This document shows positions 50,359-58,761 of a DNA stretch of 64,000 nt, in pieces. Origin of the DNA: Abditibacteriaceae bacterium. Its GTDB lineage: Bacteria > Armatimonadota > Abditibacteriia > Abditibacteriales > Abditibacteriaceae. The notes beneath the pieces were generated by a model that was given only the letters and a program-made list of their open reading frames with translations, ran no database searches and had not been told where the DNA came from. The stretch covers positions 768,001 to 832,000 of the forward strand of contig OZ255721.1 of the NCBI GenBank assembly GCA_965277285.1, in the 5' to 3' direction. The number at the start of each line of letters is the position of its first letter. Within the stretch, counting starts at the first letter, position 1. A program made the translations under genes and the position numbers.

Positions 50359-52203
50359 TTATTTGCCGCGTCTTTGCTGATGGATTAGCGGGGCGCGTCG
50401 CATCCAGACATCGCCGTCTTTGCCTTGATACAGGTGCGCCCATTGCGGATTTTTATTCAAATACGAAGCCAGTTTGTCAGCATGCAAACCCGCCTTCAGC
50501 ACCACGCAATTGATCGCGTACTGCTGCATCAAACGCTGTCCGGCGGGCGTCGCCTGGAGGATTGCAAGATATTGATTCACTACCGAATCGGGGTAAGCGT
50601 TCAATAAATCCACAAACAACGGACATTGACCGAGATCTGGCAATTGTCCGTGTTCATCCGGTCGATTCAAGCGCCACTGCAAATAACTGGAGTTTTCATA
50701 ATCGTTAAACAAATGCAGCGTTTGGCCGCGCTCTCTAAAACGTGAGGCTTGTTGTTCCACAACAAGACACGCGCCGTCCGGCAAAAGCGGCGAAACCGCG
50801 CGTCCCATTCGCAAATCGCGCGACACGTTTGCGATGCTGGCACTCACCAAACAAAGCAATGTTACGACCGGCAAAAATAATCGTAGGCGCGCTGCAATCC
50901 ACGATTTTTCCAATCTGGCGTTGTCCTGAAATGTCGCCTGTATGGTCGCCTGCTCTACTTCGGCAAGATGCTTAAATTCAGAGTTTTTAGGTGCAGAACT
51001 TTTACGTCCAAAGCGTTCTCGTGCGAAACGCCTCAAGGATTGTGTTTCAAAAAAGGCGGCGTTAGCGGCCATGACAGCGAGGCACACCAAAGCAAAAAGC
51101 CACATGTGCCGCAGTTGGCGCAGCAATAAAATGCCCATAAAAACGATCCAGGCGGCTTGCGACCAGCGACGTTGCGGGTTCGCGTTCCAGGCCAGCAACG
51201 CGAAAATCGCCAGCACAAACTCGGCGACGGCGAAAGGAAATAATTCGGGCGCCACGCCACCCGCCGCGAAAATCTTCAAATCTTTGAGCGGCAACAAAGG
51301 CTGCCATTCCAAGATGTGGGCGAACGTCGCGCTCTGCGTCGAAGACAAGATGCCGTTCCAATAAGAGCGCGCCGCGAAAGGCACTAATCCCGTGGCCAAC
51401 ACGCAACCGAAAAACAACAGCAAAAATCGACAGGAACGACCATCGAAACGATTTTGCAAAGCATCGCAAAACGCCGTGATGCCCAGCAGCGCAATACCCA
51501 ACGCGACCGCGCCATGAAAATTCGCCCACAGCGCAAATAAAATTACGAGGAAAAACGCTTCGCGCCACCATCGGCTCGACACAGGTTCAATGGCGTTATT
51601 CGAGTACTCGATAGTGGAAAATTCAATGCGATTTTCTTCGCGTCTGACTTCCTCGCGCTTAACTAAGGCGCACAACAGCAGCGTCAAGAACAAGGCTGTA
51701 AAAAGTTCTGGTCGCGGACGATAACGCAGCGAACCGGCCAAAATGCCCAGGGCGAACAATCCCAACACGAAACTGTTGGGTTTCGACCGACGGCTCCACA
51801 AGCGCCACAACAACATCCACACGCCGCAAATGATCAATGTCGTAAATACGACAATCACCAGCGGGCCGTCGCCAATTGACGTGTTGCCGCGCGGTGTCCA
51901 GCCGCCGCCCGCTTGAATCAAGCCGTGAAAGAACAATTGCGACAGCCACGAATGCGCCACCCACGGAAAACGATCCACGCTCCACAAAAACAGCGAATGC
52001 GTCGGGACGGCTTTGTGGTTCCAAATCCAGCGACCAACCGCGGCGTGCGCCCAAATGTCATCGTCCGCGTTGAGCGCGTGCCACGACAGCACGACGCAAA
52101 AGAAAATCAACGCCGCGCCATAAAATCGAGGCCAGGTGAAACGCGCCACAAACGAGAACGGTGATCCGCTGTGCGAGGAAGGTTCAGGCGCAAGGTTTTC
52201 CAT
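50359..52203 (-). CDS. Polytopic membrane protein, putative GT-C glycosyltransferase (paralog of the next gene)
   Basis: DDIWAHAAVGRW, WVAHSWLSQ, RPE, LWANFHG, LFNDY. Confidence 0.78.
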   Translation of the reverse strand: MENLAPEPSSHSGSPFSFVARFTWPRFYGAALIFFCVVLSWHALNADDDIWAHAAVGRWIWNHKAVPTHSLFLWSVDRFPWVAHSWLSQLFFHGLIQAGGGWTPRGNTSIGDGPLVIVVFTTLIICGVWMLLWRLWSRRSKPNSFVLGLFALGILAGSLRYRPRPELFTALFLTLLLCALVKREEVRREENRIEFSTIEYSNNAIEPVSSRWWREAFFLVILFALWANFHGAVALGIALLGITAFCDALQNRFDGRSCRFLLLFFGCVLATGLVPFAARSYWNGILSSTQSATFAHILEWQPLLPLKDLKIFAAGGVAPELFPFAVAEFVLAIFALLAWNANPQRRWSQAAWIVFMGILLLRQLRHMWLFALVCLAVMAANAAFFETQSLRRFARERFGRKSSAPKNSEFKHLAEVEQATIQATFQDNARLEKSWIAARLRLFLPVVTLLCLVSASIANVSRDLRMGRAVSPLLPDGACLVVEQQASRFRERGQTLHLFNDYENSSYLQWRLNRPDEHGQLPDLGQCPLFVDLLNAYPDSVVNQYLAILQATPAGQRLMQQYAINCVVLKAGLHADKLASYLNKNPQWAHLYQGKDGDVWMRRAPLIHQQRRGK

Positions 52204-52263
52204 ATCGAGTACTCGATTGCGTGACTTCTCATTAACGGAAGTCGCACCATTTCACTCAGACAT

Positions 52264-52377
52264 CAGCGATTGAAGTCGCGGTTAAAATGGCACAAAGTTC
52301 GCCGGCGTGGACTCGAACGAGAACCTGCAAAATTCACGCAGGCGACTTTAGCCTTTCATCCGCGACTTCAATCGCTG
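52264..52377. repeat. REP/MITE-like inverted repeat
   Basis: CAGCGATTGAAGTCGCGG ... CCGCGACTTCAATCGCTG. Confidence 0.75.
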
Positions 52378-52441
52378 GACGCGAGATGCGCGCAAAGTTC
52401 GCAACTTGAGTGACTTTGTAGTGCACAAGAGAACGTATTAG

Positions 52442-54322
52442 TTACGGCGTTTTGATCGGCAAAGGTTGGCGGCGCGCCCACAATCTGCCGTCGATGCCAT
52501 GGTAAACCAGGCGCCAGTTGGCGGTATCTTTTTCGAGATATTGCGCGATCCATTTCTTGTCCAGTTCATGTGGCAGATACACGATGTTAACGGCGCGCGC
52601 CTTGAACAAATTCAAGCCCGGGCTTTTATCCGCGCTGGATTCGGTAGCGTTGCCTTGCAAAAACACGAAATACTCGTTCAGTAAACCATCTACGCCATCG
52701 GGATAAGCGTTCAAAAGGTCGATGTACAAAGGATTCAGTCCACGGTCGGGAACCACGCCCTGCTCGTCCGCACGATTCAAGCGCCACTGCAGATAACTGG
52801 AGTTCGAGTAATCGTTGAACAAGTGACCGCGCGGCAAAGTACCGTTGCGCTGTCCACTTTCGAGCGAATAAGCGGCGCCTTCGGGAACTTTTTCGGAAAC
52901 CATCAAGCGTCCCCACGGATGCGAAAAGGCTTGAAACACACAAATCAGCAGAGAAAGCGCGATGCCGCCTTGCGCGATGCGCCGCATTCCGACCGGAATC
53001 GGTTCCTGCGCGATGGCAGCTTCGCCCATGAAGTGCTTCCATTTCGTCCACCACAAGCGCGAATCGAAAAAACCGGCGTTGGCCGCTGCGACCGCTACGA
53101 AAACCAGAGCCGCAAGCCACAAATGACGGCGCTGCTTCAAAAATAAAATCGCCATGATGACGACCCACAAAGCGTGCGCCCAGCGGCGCTTTGGATTCCA
53201 CGCCCAGGCCACCAACGCCAAAACCGCCAAAGTCATCTCGACAACAACGTAGCTATGCAAACTGAGCGCTTGCCACGGCGGTTTCCATTCTTCGATGTTG
53301 TTCGCCATGTTGCCCGGCTTGAGCTGCACAGCGGCTTCAAGCCAGCGCGGGCCAAACGGATTGCACAACGTCGCCAGCGCGCACAAAACAGCCAACCCCA
53401 GCAAAACGCGCGCATGCCCATCAAAACGATTCTGGATCGCATCGCCAAACGCGGTGGCAAATACCAAAATCAAGCCCAGCAAAACCAGCGCGTGCAAGTT
53501 CACCCACAAAGCGAACATTGCAATCAGCGCAATTTCGCGCCAGCCGAAAAGCGGTCTGGGAACTTCGTTTCGAGTACTCGATATGACGTCCGCGCGGCGC
53601 GTTTGCGTTTCCACGTCATTGTTATTTAAACGCTCGCCGTCCAAACGCTCGCCGTCCAAATGGTTGTCGTCCAAATGGTTGTCGGTCGAACCATTTTCGT
53701 TCAAAGCATCATTAGCAATTGCGCGCGCTGGACGTCGTTCGATGAGATAAGTCAACAGTACCGTCATAAAAAGCGCGGTTAGCATTTCCTGACGCGGCAA
53801 ATAGCGCGGCGCCGAAACCCAGATCGCCATCGCAAAAATCACTGGCGTCAAAAACGCGATTGGAACATATTCGACGCTTCCGTTTTTGCCGCGCTTGTAA
53901 AAACTCCACGAATTGCGGCTCCACAAGCGCCACAACAGCGCCCACACGCAGCACGCGATGATCGTCGTAAACGCCATCACGACGATTGGGCCGGTGCCAA
54001 CCGAAGTGTGGCCCTGCGGTGTCCATCCGCCACCAGCTTGAATCAAGCCGTAGAAGAACAATTGCGACAGCCACGAATGCGCCACCCACGGGAAACGATC
54101 CACGCTCCATAAGAACAACGAATATTCGGGAAACGCTTTGTGGTTCCACACCCAGCGACCAACTGCGGCGTGCGCCCAAAAATCGTAGCCCGGCCCCATC
54201 GGGCGAAAAGCGTAGCCAATGCACAACAGCAACAACAGCGGTAAATAAAGGCGGCGAAGAAAACTGGATGAAAACAAACTCGATTCCAATGAAAAATAAA
54301 ATGAGCGAAAAACCGTTTCCAT
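52442..54322 (-). CDS. Polytopic membrane protein, putative GT-C glycosyltransferase (paralog of the previous gene)
   Basis: DFWAHAAVGRW, WVAHSWLSQ, LWVNLH, LFNDY; start uncertain. Confidence 0.78.
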   Translation of the reverse strand: METVFRSFYFSLESSLFSSSFLRRLYLPLLLLLCIGYAFRPMGPGYDFWAHAAVGRWVWNHKAFPEYSLFLWSVDRFPWVAHSWLSQLFFYGLIQAGGGWTPQGHTSVGTGPIVVMAFTTIIACCVWALLWRLWSRNSWSFYKRGKNGSVEYVPIAFLTPVIFAMAIWVSAPRYLPRQEMLTALFMTVLLTYLIERRPARAIANDALNENGSTDNHLDDNHLDGERLDGERLNNNDVETQTRRADVISSTRNEVPRPLFGWREIALIAMFALWVNLHALVLLGLILVFATAFGDAIQNRFDGHARVLLGLAVLCALATLCNPFGPRWLEAAVQLKPGNMANNIEEWKPPWQALSLHSYVVVEMTLAVLALVAWAWNPKRRWAHALWVVIMAILFLKQRRHLWLAALVFVAVAAANAGFFDSRLWWTKWKHFMGEAAIAQEPIPVGMRRIAQGGIALSLLICVFQAFSHPWGRLMVSEKVPEGAAYSLESGQRNGTLPRGHLFNDYSNSSYLQWRLNRADEQGVVPDRGLNPLYIDLLNAYPDGVDGLLNEYFVFLQGNATESSADKSPGLNLFKARAVNIVYLPHELDKKWIAQYLEKDTANWRLVYHGIDGRLWARRQPLPIKTP

Positions 54323-54489
54323 TTTATGCCGATAAGTCGAACAGTAGCAAACACGGAATACGGAATGATGAATGCGCAATGGCGGACTCAAACCGAGACG
54401 CCGTAAGTGTGAGCAGTGGGACATTCCGTATTCATCATTCCGTATTTGCTGCCGAAATGTTAAGCTGAAGGGTTGAAAACAGAAGGAGA

Positions 54490-55383
54490 ATGAAGATGGA
54501 ATTGGTCACGATTGAGCCGCGATTGAACGACATCGAGTACTCGAAAGGCTTGTGCGAGCACTTGGAGCGCGGCGACATTTTAGTTTTGGAGAACACGCCG
54601 TTCAAGCCCTCAGAAGACGATTGCGCGTTTTTGCGCGCGCAAAAGCAAACTGGCAGCAGCAACCACAAAAACATCGCCTACAAGCCGCACTTAGACAAAA
54701 CCAGCGGCGTGGAAGAAAGCAACGCCGCCGAGACGCTGCGTTTGCAAACCATTATGGCGGATTATTCCAAAGGCGCGCTGGAGTTTTTAGGCGCGCTTTT
54801 CCCACAATATTCCGCGTCGTGGAAAGTCGATTACGCGAGTTTTCGTCCTGTCGAGGAACAAGGTCGCGCTTTGCCGCTCAACGCGCGCAACGATTTGATG
54901 CACGTCGATGCGTTTCCGACGCGCCCAACTTATGGTGGCCGCATTTTGCGCGCTTTCACCAACATTCATCCCGAAAAAGCGCGCGTCTGGGGCGTATCGG
55001 ATGATTTCCCGATTTTGGCCGAACATTACGCCAAAGCCGCCGGACTGGACAAAGCCCAAGGTTCGGGTGGCGTGCGCGGCGCTCTGGGGAAACTTATCGG
55101 TCAGCCGGAACGCTCGGCGTATGACGAATTCATGCTGGGCTTTCATACATATCTTAAATCGAACGAAGATTTCCAGAAAAACGGCGTGCGCCATGAATGC
55201 CCGTTTCCGCCAAGCGCAACGTGGATCAGTTTCACCGACGGCATCGCGCATAAAGCCTCGTCCGGCCAGTTTGCGATGGAGCAAACCTGCATCGTGCCAC
55301 GCGAAGCGATGCTGTTGCCCGAACTCTCGCCGATTGCGATTCTCGAAAAAATCGCCGGTCGCCCTTTAGCTGCCGCACGCTAA
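54490..55383 (+). CDS. Kdo hydroxylase family protein (KdoO-like)
   Basis: KNIAYKP, SFRPVEE.GR, HVDAFPTRP..G.RILR.F.NI, YDEFML.FH, FTD...H; AAGGAG RBS. Confidence 0.85.
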   Translation: MKMELVTIEPRLNDIEYSKGLCEHLERGDILVLENTPFKPSEDDCAFLRAQKQTGSSNHKNIAYKPHLDKTSGVEESNAAETLRLQTIMADYSKGALEFLGALFPQYSASWKVDYASFRPVEEQGRALPLNARNDLMHVDAFPTRPTYGGRILRAFTNIHPEKARVWGVSDDFPILAEHYAKAAGLDKAQGSGGVRGALGKLIGQPERSAYDEFMLGFHTYLKSNEDFQKNGVRHECPFPPSATWISFTDGIAHKASSGQFAMEQTCIVPREAMLLPELSPIAILEKIAGRPLAAAR

Positions 55384-55389
55384 GTAGTC

Positions 55390-55489
55390 TCAAAACCATT
55401 GTAGGGGCGCCAGCTTGCTGCGCCCGTTCTTCAGCAATCGAGTACTCGAAAACGGGCGCAGCAAGCTGGCGCCCCTACAATGGTTTTGA
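55390..55489. repeat. GTAG-type REP doublet (39-bp perfect arms) with the 12-bp palindrome in the loop
   Basis: TCAAAACCATTGTAGGGGCGCCAGCTTGCTGCGCCCGTT and reverse complement; palindrome at 55438. Confidence 0.9.
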
Positions 55490-58035
55490 ATCTCCAGTAT
55501 TTCCCTTTGTCACACCATTTCTTCCCCGCCACATGGCTGCGCTCTCTGGTTTTGCGACCTTTGTTAGCGCTTGCCGCGGTTGCATTCACTGGCTGCGCGT
55601 TAGGTTTTGCGCTTGCCAACGCGTGGAATGTCGCCTGGTTGCACGTTCTGCCAGAATTGGCGCTGCCGCTTTTGCTGATCGTCTTTCACGGCGCCGCGTT
55701 GTGGATGAGTCGTTTGCGAGTTCGCGCGCTGCCTTTGTGCTGGACGATTCTCATCGCATTGTGGACAATTCACGCGGCGCAACGCGTCACGCCTGCGCCC
55801 GATGACGTTTCACAAATGGTGCGGCGCGCGCCCGACTTTTCGCAGCCACAACGAAAAACCGCCGTCACGTTGCAGGGAACCATCGCGGACGCGCCACGCA
55901 TCGGCGATTTCGGCATCGAGTTTCCACTTCAAATTAATCGAGTACTCGATAAGAGCGAAACAGCGGCACAAGGTCGCGTTTGGATTCGTTTGCCGCTCAG
56001 CGGAAAAACTTTGAACGAAGGCGACGAAATTTCGCTTCAGGCCGCGCTCGCCGACTTGCCGCGTGCCGGAAATTTCGGCGAACGAGAAAGCCGCGCCCGC
56101 TTGGTGGCAGCGCGTTGTTGGTGCCTGGCGCAAGTCAAAAAAGACGCCGATTGGAAATTGGTGCGCGCTTCCAAAAGCTCTCTGTCGCATATTCTAAGCG
56201 ATTGGCGACGCACCATCGCCAATCGTTATGACGCTTCGTTTATCGCTTTAGGAGAACCATTTCCGCGCGCTTCATCGCAGCTTTTGGTGGCGATGGTGTT
56301 TGGCGAAGGCGGTTTGCGCGAACCTTTGCCGTCTTCGACGCGCGACCGTTTTCGTGCCGCGGGAATGTCGCATTTATTAGTCGCTTCGGGGACGCAAGTC
56401 GCGTTTTTGGCGCTGGCGCTTTTAGGCGGCGCGAAATTGATCGGCTTGCGGCGCATCGGATTGTTGCTGTTGGTTTTGCCGATTTTGCTGTTGTATGCGT
56501 TGCTGACGGGCGGCGCTTCGAGCATCTGGCGCGCGACTCTGGCAGGCGCTTGCGTCGCGTGGGCGTTGCTCTTGGGGCGCGATGTCGATGGACTTTCGTT
56601 GTGGAGTCTGGCGGCTGTGGTTTTGCTGGCGCTCGATCCGATGCAGGCGCAGGATTTGGGGTTTCAACTGACCTTTGGCGCGACCTGGGGCTTGCTGGTT
56701 TTGTCGCCGCTGCTTCAAAAAACCCTGCGACACGCGTGGGGACAAAGCAAAATCATCGAAGCTGCAGCGTTGACATTAAGCGCGCAAATGGCGACCACGC
56801 CGCTCTTGCTCTACCATTTCGGGCGCTTGAGTTTCGTCGCGCTGGGCGCCAATTTTCTGGCGATTCCGCTCGCGGGCGTGCTCGTCGGCAGCGGCGTTTT
56901 AGGTTTGATTTTGCCCATCGGCGCGTTGAATTATTGGCTGATTCGCGGCGTCGACAATCTGGCGACGTTCGCCTCGAGTGCTCCCGGCGCTCAATCGGAT
57001 GCGCCGCCTTTGCGCTTAGGCTGGACAATTTTCGCTTATGGATTGCTGCTTTTGGCGCTTTTGAGTACTCAATTTCCCATGAACCGCAATTTTTTCACTC
57101 GTTTGCACTTGGAATTTGCGCGACGTTTTCCACGTTTTCGCGCGCAAAGTTTCGCCGCGTTGCTGGCACTCTGCGTCTCACTTGGTTTTGCGTGGCACGC
57201 GGTCAACCATCGAAAATTGCCGTTGCGCGTGACGTTGCTCGATGTCGGTCAGGGCGAAAGTATTTTGGTTCAGGCGCCGAGCGGACGCACCGTTCTTATT
57301 GATGGCGGCACCAGCCAAGATGAAAACCGCGGCGAAGTCGGGCGCGCTGTCATCGTTCCGTATTTGCAAGCGCAAGGGATTTCAAAACTGGACGCGATGG
57401 TTTTGACGCACGCTGACGCCGATCATTGCAACGCCTTGCCGCACGTCGTCCGCGAAATTCCGGTCGCTTTCGCGCTCGATGGCGCCGCACCCTTTAATCA
57501 ATCGAGTACTCGAAAGTCAACCATCGTGCCTGAATACGAAGCCGTCAAAGCCGCGTGGCGCGAACGCAATGTGACAGTTCAAAACGCGCGCGAAGGTCAA
57601 CAACTCGACCTGGACGACGGCGTTGTTCTCACAGTTCTGGCGCCCACGGAACCGCTTTTAGAAAGCGAGCGCGGCGACAATAACAACGGCGCGGTTCTGC
57701 GTTTAGATTATGGCGAAACATCGTTTTTGTTCACCGCCGACATCGAAAAAGAGGGAGAAGAACGTTTACTCAGACGAGGCGCCAACTTGAAATGCACAAT
57801 TCTCAAAGTCGCGCATCACGGCTCAAAAACCAGTTCGACGCCCGCGTTCTTGAAAGCTGCCAATCCGTCCGTGGCGATAGTTTCCAGCGGACGCTACAAC
57901 TCGTTCGGTCATCCAGCGCCACAAACGATGAGCAACCTGGCGAGGCAAAAAATCCCGACCTTTCGCACCGATGTGAATGGCGCTGTTGAAGTTGCGTGCG
58001 ATGCCAAAACCTGCGACGTTCAAACTCTTCGCTGA
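55480..58035 (+). CDS. comEC: DNA uptake channel ComEC/Rec2 with metallo-beta-lactamase domain
   Basis: AGMSHLLVASG, GFQLTF, LDVGQGES, THADADH, LFTADI, KVAHHGS, FGHP; start uncertain. Confidence 0.95.
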   Translation: MVLNLQYFPLSHHFFPATWLRSLVLRPLLALAAVAFTGCALGFALANAWNVAWLHVLPELALPLLLIVFHGAALWMSRLRVRALPLCWTILIALWTIHAAQRVTPAPDDVSQMVRRAPDFSQPQRKTAVTLQGTIADAPRIGDFGIEFPLQINRVLDKSETAAQGRVWIRLPLSGKTLNEGDEISLQAALADLPRAGNFGERESRARLVAARCWCLAQVKKDADWKLVRASKSSLSHILSDWRRTIANRYDASFIALGEPFPRASSQLLVAMVFGEGGLREPLPSSTRDRFRAAGMSHLLVASGTQVAFLALALLGGAKLIGLRRIGLLLLVLPILLLYALLTGGASSIWRATLAGACVAWALLLGRDVDGLSLWSLAAVVLLALDPMQAQDLGFQLTFGATWGLLVLSPLLQKTLRHAWGQSKIIEAAALTLSAQMATTPLLLYHFGRLSFVALGANFLAIPLAGVLVGSGVLGLILPIGALNYWLIRGVDNLATFASSAPGAQSDAPPLRLGWTIFAYGLLLLALLSTQFPMNRNFFTRLHLEFARRFPRFRAQSFAALLALCVSLGFAWHAVNHRKLPLRVTLLDVGQGESILVQAPSGRTVLIDGGTSQDENRGEVGRAVIVPYLQAQGISKLDAMVLTHADADHCNALPHVVREIPVAFALDGAAPFNQSSTRKSTIVPEYEAVKAAWRERNVTVQNAREGQQLDLDDGVVLTVLAPTEPLLESERGDNNNGAVLRLDYGETSFLFTADIEKEGEERLLRRGANLKCTILKVAHHGSKTSSTPAFLKAANPSVAIVSSGRYNSFGHPAPQTMSNLARQKIPTFRTDVNGAVEVACDAKTCDVQTLR

Positions 58036-58115
58036 ACAACGATTTCGAGTACTCGAAACTCAAAAACTCTTTCCTAAGTTTTGGAAATGGTGGAGTAACG
58101 CCACAGTTCGACTTC

Positions 58116-58194
58116 TTCAACGAACCCGAAGCGTGAGCGCGGGGCTGACGTAACTACGACTTCAGCCCCGCGCTCACGCTTCGGGTTCGTTGAA
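58116..58194. repeat. AACGAACCCGAAGCGTGAGCG-type inverted repeat between convergent genes
   Basis: 33-bp arms related to 11424-11508. Confidence 0.88.
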
Positions 58195-58216
58195 CGACTT
58201 ATAAAGAGTCTTTGTG

Positions 58217-58657
58217 TTATTGCGATGTTGCGGCGCCTACCAGGTCGTCCTGAAACTTGGCCTGCGTGCCGACTTGCTGGCTTTCGCTTTCAAAGAGCAG
58301 GCGCAAAATTGTTTCTTTGAAGTCAGCGATGCACACTGGTTTTTCCAGATAAGCGTCGCCGCAATGACCCAGAGCGCGTTCGCGGTGCGGCTGTCCGGCG
58401 AGTGAGGTGTAATAAAGAACTGGCGTTTGTGGGCTGAACTCGCGCAGGCGGGCGCACAAATCGGTGCCATTTCCATCAGGAAACTTTTGTTCGAGAATGT
58501 AAATATCGAAAGACGTTTCGCGCGCCAAATGCAACGCTTCGCGGATGCTGCCCGCCGTCATCACGCCGAAGCCGTCCATTTCCAGCAAGAACATCAGCAT
58601 CAGGCGCGTGTCCTGATGCTCGTCCACATAAAGAATTTTGGCGCGCGTATGTTTCAT
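58217..58657 (-). CDS. Single-domain response regulator (receiver), atypical
   Basis: ILYVDE, FPDGNG.DLC..LR, TPV..YTS, DAYLEKP; AAGGA RBS. Confidence 0.88.
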   Translation of the reverse strand: MKHTRAKILYVDEHQDTRLMLMFLLEMDGFGVMTAGSIREALHLARETSFDIYILEQKFPDGNGTDLCARLREFSPQTPVLYYTSLAGQPHRERALGHCGDAYLEKPVCIADFKETILRLLFESESQQVGTQAKFQDDLVGAATSQ

Positions 58658-58724
58658 AGTGTCCTTTCAACGTCTTAAACCTTTGTGTGTTCAACACTTT
58701 GGCCACTAATTTTCGGGACGCGCA

Positions 58725-58753
58725 TTGACGGAACGGCATGGCGCGCCTATCCT
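58725..58753 (+). promoter_or_regulatory. Sigma70-like promoter of holA (leaderless)
   Basis: TTGACG-17 nt-TATCCT, 8 nt before ATG 58762. Confidence 0.65.
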
Positions 58754-58761
58754 CATCTGCG

